Source: Blepharisma stoltei ATCC 30299 (Eukaryota; Protista; Ciliophora). Taken from it: a stretch of DNA of 64,000 bases. Positions 49,334 through 61,261 of the stretch are shown here, one piece after another. Below the pieces are notes generated by a model. The model was not told the origin of the DNA. It searched no databases and saw only the letters and a list, made by a program, of their open reading frames with translations. Made by a program: the position numbers and the translations under genes. Numbering within the stretch: the stretch's first letter is position 1; every line of letters starts with the position of its first letter. Where the stretch lies: positions 310,001-374,000 of the forward strand of contig CBFDEM010000041.1 of NCBI GenBank assembly GCA_965603825.1, written 5' to 3'.

Positions 49334-49394
49334 ACTTATTAGATCTAATTAATTATTCAATAATTTCTATGTGAATATTAAGTAGCCTGCAGTG

Positions 49395-51168
49395 CTAACT
49401 CAATTTCTTATATTTTGAGTCATTTCGTTGTGTTTTTGAATTCCTAGAGATGGCTGGAAAAGAGATTTTTTCCAATGACTTTTTTAGGTAGAGATTTTGC
49501 GTTTCTTTGCCTATAGACAAAGATTTGGTTTTTATATTCTCTATTCGGCTCCTAAGTTATTGCTTACATTTTCCTCTCAAGGTCTAGACTAAGAATCTTT
49601 AATGATTGGCCATTAAGATTTGTGCTTTTATGTTTTTGGTGAGTTAAGGCGGACAGTTTTTGCAGCTTTTTGTCAAAGTTATTGATTCCTGTCAGCTCAT
49701 CAAGCTCAGATTTTGGGCTCTTTACAGCAGGCACAAGCAAATTGTGTTCTTGTTTCAGAGAAAATGCATCGCCTCTTGACTTTTTCCCATCATTTGTTCC
49801 GTGGAAAAAATCATTGTTATTAATTGATGCTGATAACTTGGCCATTATCTTTCTTTCTGGGTCCTTTGCTTCTGTGTCTGTTGTCATAGTCTCATACATT
49901 CGAGAAGTGTATATTTCTTTTTTAAAAGGGCGCCCATCAATAATTGTTAATGAGCGATCTGCTCATGGTCTTGTAGTTCTCTTTCGTTGAATGCTATCTA
50001 CTATGCTAATTTCCATTGAATCCAGCTTATTTTTGCACTGTTCCAGAATTTTCAAAGTGGCAATTTCAAATTCTTTCATTTCTTGCTGAGAAGTCGGCTC
50101 TTTATTTGCTATTCATTTATCTTTTTCAATTACTTCTTCATCTTGCTCATCAAGATTTGCTAGTAATAGATTAATAAGATCATATATTTTCATTGCAGAG
50201 GTATACATTGAGGTCCATTTTCCTTTGCTTTCTTTCATTGCTCTTTTTGCCTCTTTATATTTTTCATGCTTTCTGTCTTTTTCCTTTGTATATTTCCCTT
50301 TGGACTTGGGCAGATCTTGAATTTGCTTGAGATTTGAAAGCTCTACTTCTAAATTTAATTTTTCACTTTCGAGCTTTCTTAAATCTCCCATTAGTACTTG
50401 AATTGACCTGCTCAAGCTTTCTTCGATGATTTGTATTCTTTCTATCTCCTTAATTCACGATTCAATGCTTTCAGTTCCTATAAGTTGGTCAAGCGTGTCT
50501 GATTTCACTTTATTTTCTTCGACATCTTTTACTCTTAAAGAGGTGATTTTTTCTACTGTAGTAAGCTTATTTGATATTGCCTTCAACATTTCCATTTCAT
50601 CTTCTTTAGAATCTCCTTCACTCTCACTTTTTTCACTGCTATTTGAGTTCTGGTTCTCATTGTATTGAGTTCTAAGCTTTTTCTGAGAAGTTGCAGTTTT
50701 TAAAGAATCAACATATCTATTAAGGAACTTTAACTCATTTTTTACATCTCTGCTAGAAGCCAAAGCTTCGGCAACTATATTTTCAGTGTCTTTGACCCTT
50801 GAGCTTATCATTTTTTCCTTTATCTGAAACTTTTCGACGAAAACTTTCATTGCATCCATATTAGATCTTGTTCGGTTTAAAATGTTGTTTAGAGTTTCCA
50901 TTTCGTCTAGTTCCTGCTCTCTTAATAAAAATTACAGTTTTTCTTGAAGTTTTGCAGCCTCTGTCTCCATTTCAATTACTTTGCTGTTCTTTGTTGAGAT
51001 GAAGTCGCTTTCAAGCATTTTGCTTTCTGTTTTTAATCTTGCCAAAATTTCTTCTCTTTTAATGATATCATAGTTTAGCGAATCAAAAGATGATAAACTG
51101 TCTTTAGAATGCAATGAAGGAGTTGTGCTGTTTCATTCATTTGTTATTGGACTTAAAGTTTGCTTCAT
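49395..51168 (-). CDS. Coiled-coil hypothetical protein (two introns)
   Basis: Four ORFs join via TGA=W and introns 50921-50935 and 49552-49567; ends in TAG at 49395. Confidence 0.7.
49552..49567 (-). other. 16-nt spliceosomal intron
   Basis: GTAAGCAATAACTTAG; removal opens about 51 more codons. Confidence 0.7.
50921..50935 (-). other. 15-nt spliceosomal intron
   Basis: GTAATTTTTATTAAG, with A at position 10; removal deletes an in-frame TAA. Confidence 0.82.
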
Positions 51169-51441
51169 TTATTTTACTTGGAAATTTAAGGAAATTAATA
51201 GATAAAAAGGCTAACAAAAAATTTGCAATAGTAGCTTTTAAATAAATTGTCAATAAATGAAGAATAAATGAAATTTAAATAAGCGAGCATTTTAAAGTAT
51301 CTTTGACAATTAAATAAAAGCACTGAATAACTCAAACTAATCAATAAGCAATGCCAATATTTTAAATAGTGTACTCTTCTCAAAACTCAATTTCTCAGAT
51401 TTCTTCATATTTTTCATCGAGCAATAATTTAAAATTATTTA

Positions 51442-51957
51442 ATGGCAGGAAGACAACAAGCTAAATCTGGTGCAAAAGGATTCAACCCGAAACAATATGA
51501 GCGTCCAGGTCTTACAGAAGACGAGATTGAGGAAATCAAGGAAGCTTTCGATTTATTCGATACTGATGGTTCAGGGACAATTGACCCAAGAGAACTCAAA
51601 TCTGCAATGCAGTCCCTTGGCTTTGAAGCTAAAAACCAAACCATTTATCAAATGATCAGCGACTTAGATAAAGATGGGTCAGGCGCTATTGACTTTGACG
51701 AATTCTTAGACATGATGACTGCCAGGATGAGTGACAAAGACACCCGTGAAGACATCAACAAGGTTTTCAGGCTGTTTGACGACGACAAAACTGGCTACAT
51801 CACAATAAAGAATTTAAGAAGAGTAGCTAGAGAACTAGGAGAAACCATGACTGACGAAGAGCTTCTGGAGATGATTGAAAGAGCTGACAGTGATGGAGAT
51901 GGACAGGTTACACCTGAAGACTTTTACAACATCATGACTAAAAAAGCATTCCCTTAA
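51442..51957 (+). CDS. Centrin (ciliate ICL1-like type)
   Basis: Four EF-hands; [29 protein letters not shown] and IMTKK. Confidence 0.95.
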   Translation: MAGRQQAKSGAKGFNPKQYERPGLTEDEIEEIKEAFDLFDTDGSGTIDPRELKSAMQSLGFEAKNQTIYQMISDLDKDGSGAIDFDEFLDMMTARMSDKDTREDINKVFRLFDDDKTGYITIKNLRRVARELGETMTDEELLEMIERADSDGDGQVTPEDFYNIMTKKAFP

Positions 51958-52198
51958 GTTAATCATTTAAAACTAACTTGACAGAAATTGCTGTCGAATA
52001 AATGGAAGTTATTAACAAGCTCGTTTAATTTGAATAGAGATTTTGAGAATTTTGATATTGGAATACAAATGCAGAAACATTTAAAGAGAAAATTATATGA
52101 GATTTCACATTATTACTTGCGTATAGCAAAAGGCTTCTTCACTTAATTTTTAAAGGATTTAATTTTAAGTGTCATTAAGCTATCAACAATTAGAAACT

Positions 52199-52750
52199 TT
52201 ATCTTTTTCTTGTATATTTATGATCAACTGGTTTTTGCAAAAAAGGAATAACTTTCGTATTTCTAATGTAAACGTCGTTAAAAGATGTAAACTCTCCATA
52301 ATGCTTATAAAAAGCTGCAGGGTTGTTATTTAGCGACAAATAATATTTGGGGTTTCTCTCGACTCCAGGCACTTCAGGGTTTTTCACCAAAGGTCTAAAA
52401 TCAGAAGAAACAGGCAGTTTAGAAGAATACATATCCCTGCTGAAGGGCTTCCTTTTCTCAAAATTCAAATGTCCTGCGTTATTTGATTTCCAAATTTCAT
52501 AGGCTTCAGTGTTTTTGTCAAATCTTGAAGCAGTCGCGACGTTTCTTCTTAAGTGAAAATCTGGATCAATCAAATCTAGCTTTCTCATCTCATACGCAGG
52601 AGCAGTTGAACTGTTTTTTATATTCGGTAGTCTGGGTTCTCCTGCTTTTTCGATATTAACTGCAGGCCGAGAGCTCTGCCTGGTTCCCAGGGCTCCTTGT
52701 GACAGAGCTCGTCCTAAATTTAAGTTTCCTTCCCCATTCATAGTGTACAT
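52199..52750 (-). CDS. Hypothetical protein
   Basis: 183-aa ORF. Confidence 0.6.
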   Translation of the reverse strand: MYTMNGEGNLNLGRALSQGALGTRQSSRPAVNIEKAGEPRLPNIKNSSTAPAYEMRKLDLIDPDFHLRRNVATASRFDKNTEAYEIWKSNNAGHLNFEKRKPFSRDMYSSKLPVSSDFRPLVKNPEVPGVERNPKYYLSLNNNPAAFYKHYGEFTSFNDVYIRNTKVIPFLQKPVDHKYTRKR

Positions 52751-52821
52751 TTGATGAAAATTATTTTGAGGTATAAATATGAATTTACTGCTATAAAAAC
52801 AACATATAGTTATTTACTTCT

Positions 52822-54270
52822 CTACTCATCACAGCTAGGCTCAATGCTGCTTTCGGCTGCTAGGAGATAAGTGAGTTCTTCTGAGGAAAGAGGCGGTTTT
52901 ATTTTTTTTAGCAAAAGATGGTCCCAGTTGATTCCTTTGAAATATTTGTGCCTCTTCAGCTGGGAAACTGTAGGCCTTTCTTCTGGAATTCTTTTCATCA
53001 TTTGTTGAATCAAATCTTTTGCACTTTCACTTATATCATTGGGAAAGCGGATCCTTGCATTGGCAATTCTTTTGTAGAGAACCATAACATCTTCAGTATA
53101 AAAAGGAGGCTGACCAGTAAGCATCTCATACAAATTGGCTCCTATACAATAAATATCTGCTGGCTTTCCAGCACCAGCTCTTGCTATCATTTCAGGCGCA
53201 AGGTAAGCAGGGGACCCACAAAACGACATGGCTGGGTTGTCTTCAGTCACATTTTGCTTTGCAAGACCAAAATCAGACAATTTTATGTGCCCTTGGCTGT
53301 CTATTAGTAAGTTTGAGGGCTTTAAATCTCTATACACAATATTAAGTGAATGCAAATATTCAATTGCTAGAATTACTTCTGCTATGTAGAATTTCGCTTG
53401 CTGATCTTTAAGCTGCTTCATTACGCTTAAAAGGCGAGAAAAATCCCCAAATTGGCAAAATTCTAGCACCATAAAAATGCATTTTGGGCTTTGAAAAACT
53501 GAATATAGCGGGACTATAAAGGGATGCCGAATATTTTTTAAAATTTTGCACTCAGCTCTGGCATATTTTTCTTGTTTTTTGATTTTCAAAGTGTTTTTAT
53601 TCAAGGATTTTAGAGCAAAAATTTCGTTTGTAGACTTTTTCAAAACTTTGCAAACTTTGCCAAAGCTTCCAGTGCCGATATCTTCCAGAACTTCAAAACT
53701 TTGAAGGCTCAGCTGCGGGTTCTCTTCACCCAGCAACTCTTCTTCATGCCTTTTAAATCTTTTCCCCATTAAGGTATTTCTGGCTTCTTTTAATTCTTCT
53801 TCTTCCCTACTCCTGTGGTTTGAAAGCATATGAAAGAAATCAACTGCTTCTCTCACTCTATTAGTTCACTCGACAGTCATATCTAGATATTGACAATAAT
53901 ATTCTAAGCTATTTTCTGGAGTTTCTATTACAAAGAAAAATTTGCCTTCTATACTTGAATTCACTGTATTTCTCACATTTTGAATTTCTCTTATAGGAAA
54001 TGATATATCAGGTGGCTCTTCATCCATGTATTGGATCCTTGAGCTATAGTGCTTAAAAATTCCTTCTCTTGTGTCAAGGACTAAAAATACTATTTTATCC
54101 TCGATTTGTAAATCTGATATGCAATAGACTTCGCCACTAAAACTCAACGGCCGATCTTCTGGGCACTTTTCCATGACTTCTGAATCTTCTTCTCTAAATG
54201 CCTCTAAAGTGCTTGCGTTGCTTGGTGTCCTACCATACTGATCTTCTAATTGGTTTTGATTAAAAATCAT
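52822..54270 (-). CDS. AGC-family kinase with N-terminal PH-like domain
   Basis: ORFs join via TGA at 53866, at the PH-helix Trp position (VE-W-TNRV); GTGSFG, YRDLKPSN and SFCGSPAY. Confidence 0.88.
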
Positions 54271-54452
54271 TAAAAGATAATATAAATATCTTTGAATTGA
54301 GCAAAGTTTATGTTAATTCCAGGGAAACTTAAAAACTTCGTCTTCCATCCTGTTCTCTTATAATAATCCCCCTATAAATGCCCTATCAATAATGGAATTC
54401 CTTTTCCAATTCACTTCGGTAGAATCGCGGGCCTTATAAATAAATAGGCGGG

Positions 54453-55412
54453 ATGTACTGGGAAGCTCCGACTTGTGTAATTTGTTTGAATGAACTCTCT
54501 GCAAATCTGACAGTAACTCCATGCGGCCATGTTTTTCACCTCGAGTGCATGGAAAAGTGTGTGTTTAACAGGTGCAAGAATTGTCCACTCTGCAGGAACC
54601 GCGTCCTGCCAAGTAAGCTCACAAACATTTCTTTTGCTTTGATTCCAGCGAAGTCAGCGACTCCTGCTATTTCTGGATTGTCTGAGGAAGAAATGAAGGA
54701 TCTTCAGGCGCTGCAGAACAGAGCTAGAGAGGCGACGAAAGAAAAAGAAGCCTTGGAACTGAAGATCGACCTCACAGAGAAGTTTTTGATTGAGAAAGAA
54801 GCTCAAATCAAGTGGTTTCAGGAGATGTATGAAGAAGAAACGTCAAAAACTAAAAACTTCAAGCGAAGATACGAAGAAACCTTGGCCCAGCTTCAAAGCT
54901 TCCAATATGAATCAGAAAAATACCAAGGATTATTTAATAATGCTCACAAGAAACTAAAAGAAGTTGAAACCAAAGTGACAGAACTTGAAAATGTCTCGAA
55001 ATTAATTGAAGAGCTTGAAAATACGCAATCCACTGTTACTTGGGCGAATTTAGCTAAAGAAAAATTAACAGCAGAAGAACAAGCAGCTCATTTCTATAAT
55101 GCCTTGCTCATCACCACGAACTCAATGAAAAATTTGGAAAAAGAGATGAAAGAGCTTAAAGACCTTAACAATAACACTGCGCAGCAATTTTCATCAACCA
55201 AGAGGCAGCTATTAATGGTGAGAAAAGAAAATGAAAACCTGACTAAACAAATGAGCACCCTTGAAACACAGCTGAATACCAGCTCTTTAAAGGTAAAAAC
55301 TATCTAGAGAAAAACTGAAGATGCACCAGCAATTTTGGTTGAGAACGCAATGAACTTTCAGCCCATGTTCAAGCCTAAAAAGGCCTTAAGCTTGCTGGCA
55401 AGCCGTCAATAA
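54453..55412 (+). CDS. RING finger and coiled-coil E3 ligase (TRAIP-like), one intron
   Basis: CVIC..TPCGHVFHLEC..CPLCR; extended through intron 55293-55307 to TAA at 55412. Confidence 0.75.
55293..55307 (+). other. 15-nt spliceosomal intron
   Basis: GTAAAAACTATCTAG, with A at position 10; its 3' TAG is the apparent ORF stop. Confidence 0.78.
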
Positions 55413-55435
55413 TGATATATCAATTATTTAGGAAT

Positions 55436-57562
55436 TTAGCCTATCTGGTTTAATTTTTCTATAAAAGTTACCCATGAGAGTTTCTGGGCGTTTGCAGTTT
55501 TGATTTCTTTTCTTGCGTAATTTTCGAACTCTCTCATGTTTCGGTTCAGTTTATAGTTAGCGAACCATTCAGCTTCTTCTTTTAGTTTGTAATTGTGGTA
55601 AGCATACATGTCTCTCAATTTTTTCACAGAGTTGGTGTCTTCATGTAACATCTTTGTAAAGGCAAGCGTCTTGTCCTTTTGCAGGACAGTTATATCAACT
55701 GATTGGTCATTTGGGTTTAGTTCCCAGTTGCGCACATCCCCTCTGGTTCATAGTTTGTCTTTCCTAGCGTTTAAATCCCTCTCAGCTTTTACATATGATT
55801 TATAGTGGTTTTCTCTGTCTTTTAGCAAATCTTTAAATGGCGTTGTTTCGTGCAGTGTGTACTTGAAAAAAGCGGTTAGGTGCTTTTCCAAGGTATTCTT
55901 CCTTTTCATGTCATAGCTAGACCAAGAAGTCATTGCCTCCTCAAGAATTTGATATAGATCTGCTTCAGTTTTATTTTCTGGTGAAAGGCCCTGCATTACC
56001 CTTAAGCTCCCTGTGTCTCCTGCCAGTCTTTTTATGGAGTTTGAAGAGCTGACTAGCTGCTCTTGGGTTTTTTCTGATGTCTTTTTAGTGTTTTTTACCA
56101 AGTTTTGTGATGGTTCGAAATAACGGTCAACAATACTGGAGTACTCTTCAGAGAGAGAAGGATTGCACATAGTAACTCCATCTGCAGTTGGAATATTTTC
56201 GACTGCGTCAGGTTTCTTGACGTTGCTCATCATTTTTTGGAAGAGCTCAAATTTCATCTCGTCAGTTTCCTTTAAAAAGGTTTCGAGAAGTGGTGATTTT
56301 CTTAGTGTAGGGTGATGGGTGATAGCATCCATATGATAATTCAGAAACCTCATATCTTTCAATAGAGATTCTTCTTTTGAGGCTCTTAAAACGCGAGTTG
56401 GAGGAATAGGAGGAGCATAAACTCCAGGATGTGTATTAACCAAACAAGTCCTGAGCCATGCAAAATCGTTTAAGCTTCTTTTTACTGACCAACCAAAAGG
56501 AAAAGTTTTTACAGTATATGATGCTGCGTGGATTTTTTCAGGGCTAAATGGGGATTACTGTGATAGTTTCACTTTTATAGACCTAGTGGACAGCTCAGTA
56601 TCTGGCTCCGTTATTGTGTAAACTTGGTAAAGTTCTGTCACTTTGGTTGTGGCTTCACTTAAGCGAGGCGCTTCGGACTCCATAGTATGGATAGTTTGAC
56701 TAAGAGGCATATCAGGCTGTATCATTATTGGTCTGCCTGTTGTTGTCTCTTCTGAAATTCTTGAAAACTCTTTGCCTTTTGTATGCTTTTCTTCAATAGG
56801 GATATCTCCTTCATTGAAAAGAGGTCTTCCCAGTTGCTTTGGAGTAAGAGATTCTGGCTCTGTGAATTTATTAATTTCTCTTCGCTCAGCATAGGTTGTT
56901 GGTTCTTCTATAGTGTGCGTTATTGTAGTTTCTGCATGGCGGAAAGGGATTGCGCTTTCTTCTTCGAGTGGACCTTGTTTTAAGTTTGATGAGGGCTCAC
57001 TATACGTCTTTCGACGTGATAGCTCCTCAGATTCTGGATATTCCGTTGTAGTTTTTGTCTCGGTGACAACCCTTTTTTTTACAAGAATGTTGGCATCTTG
57101 TTCTGATGGTTCTGATGAAATTTGAGGAGGAGTTCTAGATGAAAAACTCGTTTCATTTAGACTCTCTATGGCTTTTGGTTCAGATCTATTTGTTTCAGAA
57201 ACTCTGGGCGAAATCCTTTTATTGGCCTGCAGAAAATCTTGCTTAATTTGAGGGTAATTCTGCTTGAAATCATAAAGCACTGACTTTAGCTCGTCCACTT
57301 GCCATTTGTCTACTGAAGACTGCTTATAATTTCTAGTATAATAATCAAAAACATCGGGATTATAATTTCCTTCAGATAACTCAGCTTTCAATATATTTCG
57401 CTTTTTCATCTCAATATCAGACGACTGGGCTGCTGTATCTATTACTCTTATGATTGTATTCTTAGCTTCATCTGAGAGTGTAGTTTCTTTGGTTATCTCT
57501 TTAAGCCTTTCTTTGCTGTCTATTACTTTGTCTTCTGATAAATTTTGACCTTTATTTTCCAT
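55436..57562 (-). CDS. Sorting nexin (PX + BAR), one intron
   Basis: After splicing: YTVKTFPFGWSVKRSLNDFAWLR..HPGVYAPPIPP..HPTLRKSPLLETFL; TGA=W at 55748. Confidence 0.85.
56544..56558 (-). other. 15-nt spliceosomal intron
   Basis: GTAATCCCCATTTAG, with A at position 10; removal deletes a TAA and restores the PX domain. Confidence 0.88.
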
Positions 57563-57595
57563 TTTTAATTAATGACGACAGAAATGATTTGCATC

Positions 57596-58684
57596 TTAAA
57601 AGGATTTATTTAATTTCATCAAAGATCCATCTTTCAATGCCAGCAGTAATGAATCATCCCAGCCGATTTCGCAGCATGAAACAAGCCTTTCATATGAATT
57701 AAAAATACACTTTAACTGCCCTTCAGCATTACAAATTGCTGTCCCATGCTCCACTGACGTTACTAACGTGTTTTGTTGCTTTGTAATTTTTAAAAAACTG
57801 TCATCGGGGCGATCTTTAAGAAATGGGAAAGTGATGTTGTGTTTTATGCCTTGGGTCATATCAAAAACTTCAACAGAATTTTCTGTTTTCGCATACAAGA
57901 GCATTCCGTCAGGCGAGAAATCCAATCCTGTATATTTATCTGATCCAGCTGTGATATTAAGATTTGCTTTCATAAACGTGTCATTATACAGGTTGACTGT
58001 TCTGTTTGTGATTCTAACTCTGCTGTCCTGGATCCTTCTGAATTTATTTGGCAGAATTTCTTCATCCTCTGCGCCGAAATTAAAAACTGGGGACTTGATT
58101 CTCCTTATATCTCATACACTTAGGCTTCCGTTATCCCCGCTAGTCACAAAAATTTCATCTTTGATAGGGCTCCATTTAAATGTAGAAAATTTCCCTTCTG
58201 CTTTGAGGTTTTCTTTTCAGTTCGCAATATCAACAAATTTAACGCTATTTCCACAGTTTACAGCTACAAGTCCATTTTCCCCCTGTTGGACTTCTAATTC
58301 TTTCCCATTAGTAATGCTCAAGCTTTCCAATCTTTTGCCAGTATTAGAATCCCATATGATTGCCAGTGAGCTATCAAGAGTGAAAAAAATGCTTGGATCA
58401 ATCGGAAACCATTTGGTTTGAAAAATCACCTTGGGAGACTGAAAATTGCTAACCAATGATACTCCATCATCTGATAAGTCCAAAATCATTCATCCTCTGT
58501 AGCTGCCGCATAAAAGGTATCTTTCTGAGCACTCAAGGTCTAGTGAGCTAGATAATAATTACAAAAGCTCTTGCTGAGTTGAAAAAAATAAATCAAAAGA
58601 ATAGCCACAACTAGCCTCAATTGTTGCGAAAACCCCAGAGGAAGGCATAATTCCAAGTTTCATCTGCTCGATAATGTTTAGCAT
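57596..58684 (-). CDS. WD40 protein, CSA/ERCC8-like, one intron
   Basis: SLDLECSERYLLCGS, KWFPIDPSIF..IWDSNT and KWSP..GSLSV-W-DIR (TGA at 58112) parallel CSA blocks. Confidence 0.68.
58548..58562 (-). other. 15-nt spliceosomal intron
   Basis: GTAATTATTATCTAG, with A at position 10; removal deletes an in-frame TAA. Confidence 0.85.
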
Positions 58685-58697
58685 TTAATTATTAGAT

Positions 58698-60023
58698 ATG
58701 GCAGTCAATTCTTTTAGTGCACAGTTAGGAGACCTGCTTTTTTCAGTCGCAAAGCGGCCAGGAATCCATCTGATGGCTTTTATTCAAAAATCTATTGAGA
58801 ACGAGTATAAGAGGATTTACTATGAACAAATGATTTATCAGGCAGCATTCCTAGCTAAAGTCAGAAGGCAGCACTTAGCTGGGGCTGTGAATTTTGATAC
58901 TGCTTATGAAGAAGCAAATGAAATGAGCATAGAAGAGCACAAGATCTATGCGAAAGGCGAATATTTAGAACAAATTTACAATATTCTGGGAACTCTTCAT
59001 AATATTGCAAGGAATATTGAAGTGGTTTATGATAAAAAGCAGTATGAGAATAGTGGGAAAACTTCGCTGTTAGATCCCAACTCGTTCCCAATTGCTGATT
59101 TATCTAATAAGCACCTAATTAAAGACATGACTTCAATATGAACTGAATTCCCTAATGATGTAAACCCTAAGCTTATTGATGGAGTTGGCTTCAGGACCTA
59201 TACATATAAATCTACAATAAACCACCCAGAAGCTGGGCTTGGAGTCTTCACAGAGTCTGAAAAGCCTATTCCACCTGGAACCTTATTAGGATTTTTCCCT
59301 GGGATTGTTTATCCTTCAAGTACCATGGAAGTGAAAATAAGCAGGAGCAAGATCCTGAAGGCAGAATTTCCCTTTATACAAAGGTATAACGGAACAGGCA
59401 TTTTCCATGACGACCCCTTACTTTATCCTGCATATTACTTAGGCTACACAGTAGAAGAGTATTTACATAGCAGAGCTCGCTTAAAAAATTTCCCTCAAAT
59501 TGAAATTCGTCCAGACATGCTCAACCCTTATGCGTTGGGGCACATGATAAACCACCCACCGCCAAACACAAGCCCAAATGTTGGCTTTATAGACCTCGAA
59601 GTCCCTTATGCCTTTTTCCCTAGCTTTCTAATGAGGTATTTCCCTTATATGATTTATTCAGAGATTTCCAAATCAAGAGCGTGGACCAATAGAAATTACC
59701 ACGTCGTCGGGGTAGTTTCTCTAAAAGAGCTCCATAATGAAGAACTTTTTGTTAACTATGGAGGAGAGCGATTTCCTCAAGATTTCGCCCCAGAATGGAT
59801 GCATGTTCCTCCAGAATGCAAACCAATAGCCCCCTATCTATGTAAAGAAGAAGCTCTTTACGAGTTTTCACGCCTGAACAAAATGCTTATAAAATGGGAC
59901 GAAATTACTGCAAGTGCAATAGAGTCTGTAGAAATGGAAAGAGAAAAACAAAAACAGCAGCGAATTAAAGAGTCCTTAGAAGACCCCAAGATTTTTGAGA
60001 AGTATTATAACAAACCTAAATAA
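58698..60023 (+). CDS. SET-domain protein (SETD9-like)
   Basis: Joined via TGA at 59139; STINHPEAGLGVF..GFFPGIVY, NPYALGHMINHP and EELFVNY. Confidence 0.78.
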
Positions 60024-60039
60024 GCTAATTATTAATTTC

Positions 60040-60534
60040 ATGAAAGCAGGTTTCTCCCCTTCTAAAACTGTCACAAGCATCCCCAAGTCTTTTAAACGAG
60101 GCGAAATAACAGGCGCAATTTCAGCTGCATTTGGAAACCCAACGCCCCAAGCAAAGCCTTCAACTGCATCTCAAACGTTAAAGAAAAAATTATCTATGTT
60201 GAGAAGTAGGACCATTGGAAGGGACACCTTTTTAACTGAGGCAGAAATGAACGAGGTAGAAGAAGTCATCCCTACGCTTGACCGAGAAGAAATAAAAAAA
60301 GACATGACCTATGAAGAACTTATTAATGAGGTCGAGTCCATCACAAGTGGACTACAGCAAAGGGATGACGACTTAGAAGAACTTAGAAGGAGGATCCACA
60401 GGTGCGACTTGGGGATCCACAACCAGACGAAAACCACTGAAGGAATTCGAAAGAACGCCAAAGCACTTGATCATAACAACAAAAAAATGATGAAAAAATT
60501 CAAATCGTATGCAGATCTGCCCAAGTATTCATAA
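60040..60534 (+). CDS. Hypothetical coiled-coil protein
   Basis: First ATG at 60040; 164 aa. Confidence 0.6.
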   Translation: MKAGFSPSKTVTSIPKSFKRGEITGAISAAFGNPTPQAKPSTASQTLKKKLSMLRSRTIGRDTFLTEAEMNEVEEVIPTLDREEIKKDMTYEELINEVESITSGLQQRDDDLEELRRRIHRCDLGIHNQTKTTEGIRKNAKALDHNNKKMMKKFKSYADLPKYS

Positions 60535-60561
60535 TAAAATTGTTAGAAAAGATATTAAATA

Positions 60562-61203
60562 TTATTTTCGGAGTTCTTGGGATGTGAAAATGTAGGAATG
60601 TATAGCAGGCAGGAAGTGCAGCACCACAATGGAGAAGGCCAAGGACAGACCGTGGCCAGTTCGGAGGTTTTCGTCTCCATCCCAAGTTTTATCGACGCCG
60701 TAGATATCGCCAACAGCCAAATAAATTGTGAGGCCCATGAAGAAGATGATAGTAGGTGCCCAGATCCCATGGTACCAAATCCAGTGCTTGCATTTTTTGC
60801 CAAAGTACATGCAAATATGTAGCACAACATAAGTAGCATTAATAAATATACAGACTGATAAAAATCCTATCATGATGCCTCCAGCAGTTCAGAATCTCGT
60901 CAAATTCCCACAAAAGTCATTGCAGGCAGCATCAATCACGTCTTTGTAATAATCGCACATATTATTGTTCATATCCTCATATGACTCGTTATTGGAGACT
61001 CTCTGATCAAGTCCTGTTTCAGATGTTTCGCCTGCATATAAACCCCAATCAAAGTAGCAATAATGCACCCACTGTGTCAATGTCAAATCTACTAATTGCA
61101 CTACAATAACCAAGACATTTAACAAGGCCCCTAAAAAGCAGTGCAATTTAAATGCGTTTTGTCGTTCTTGATCAAAATTGCTTTCAATTTCCATATTTCG
61201 CAT
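60562..61203 (-). CDS. Four-pass membrane protein, claudin/amastin-like
   Basis: Joined via TGA at 60889; TM1-W..WGLY..C..C loop followed by three more TM segments. Confidence 0.55.
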
Positions 61204-61261
61204 GTTTATTATAATCTATTACTATCTAACTCTCTCATTAAATTAACAATATGTCCAATGG

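Noticed and set aside
54423-54452. GC-rich E2F-like words upstream of the TRAIP-like gene
   Set aside because: Partial matches only, with no supporting evidence.
57768-58421. 217-aa plus-strand ORF
   Set aside because: It is the antisense shadow of the CSA-like WD40 gene, with a non-ATG start and no motifs.
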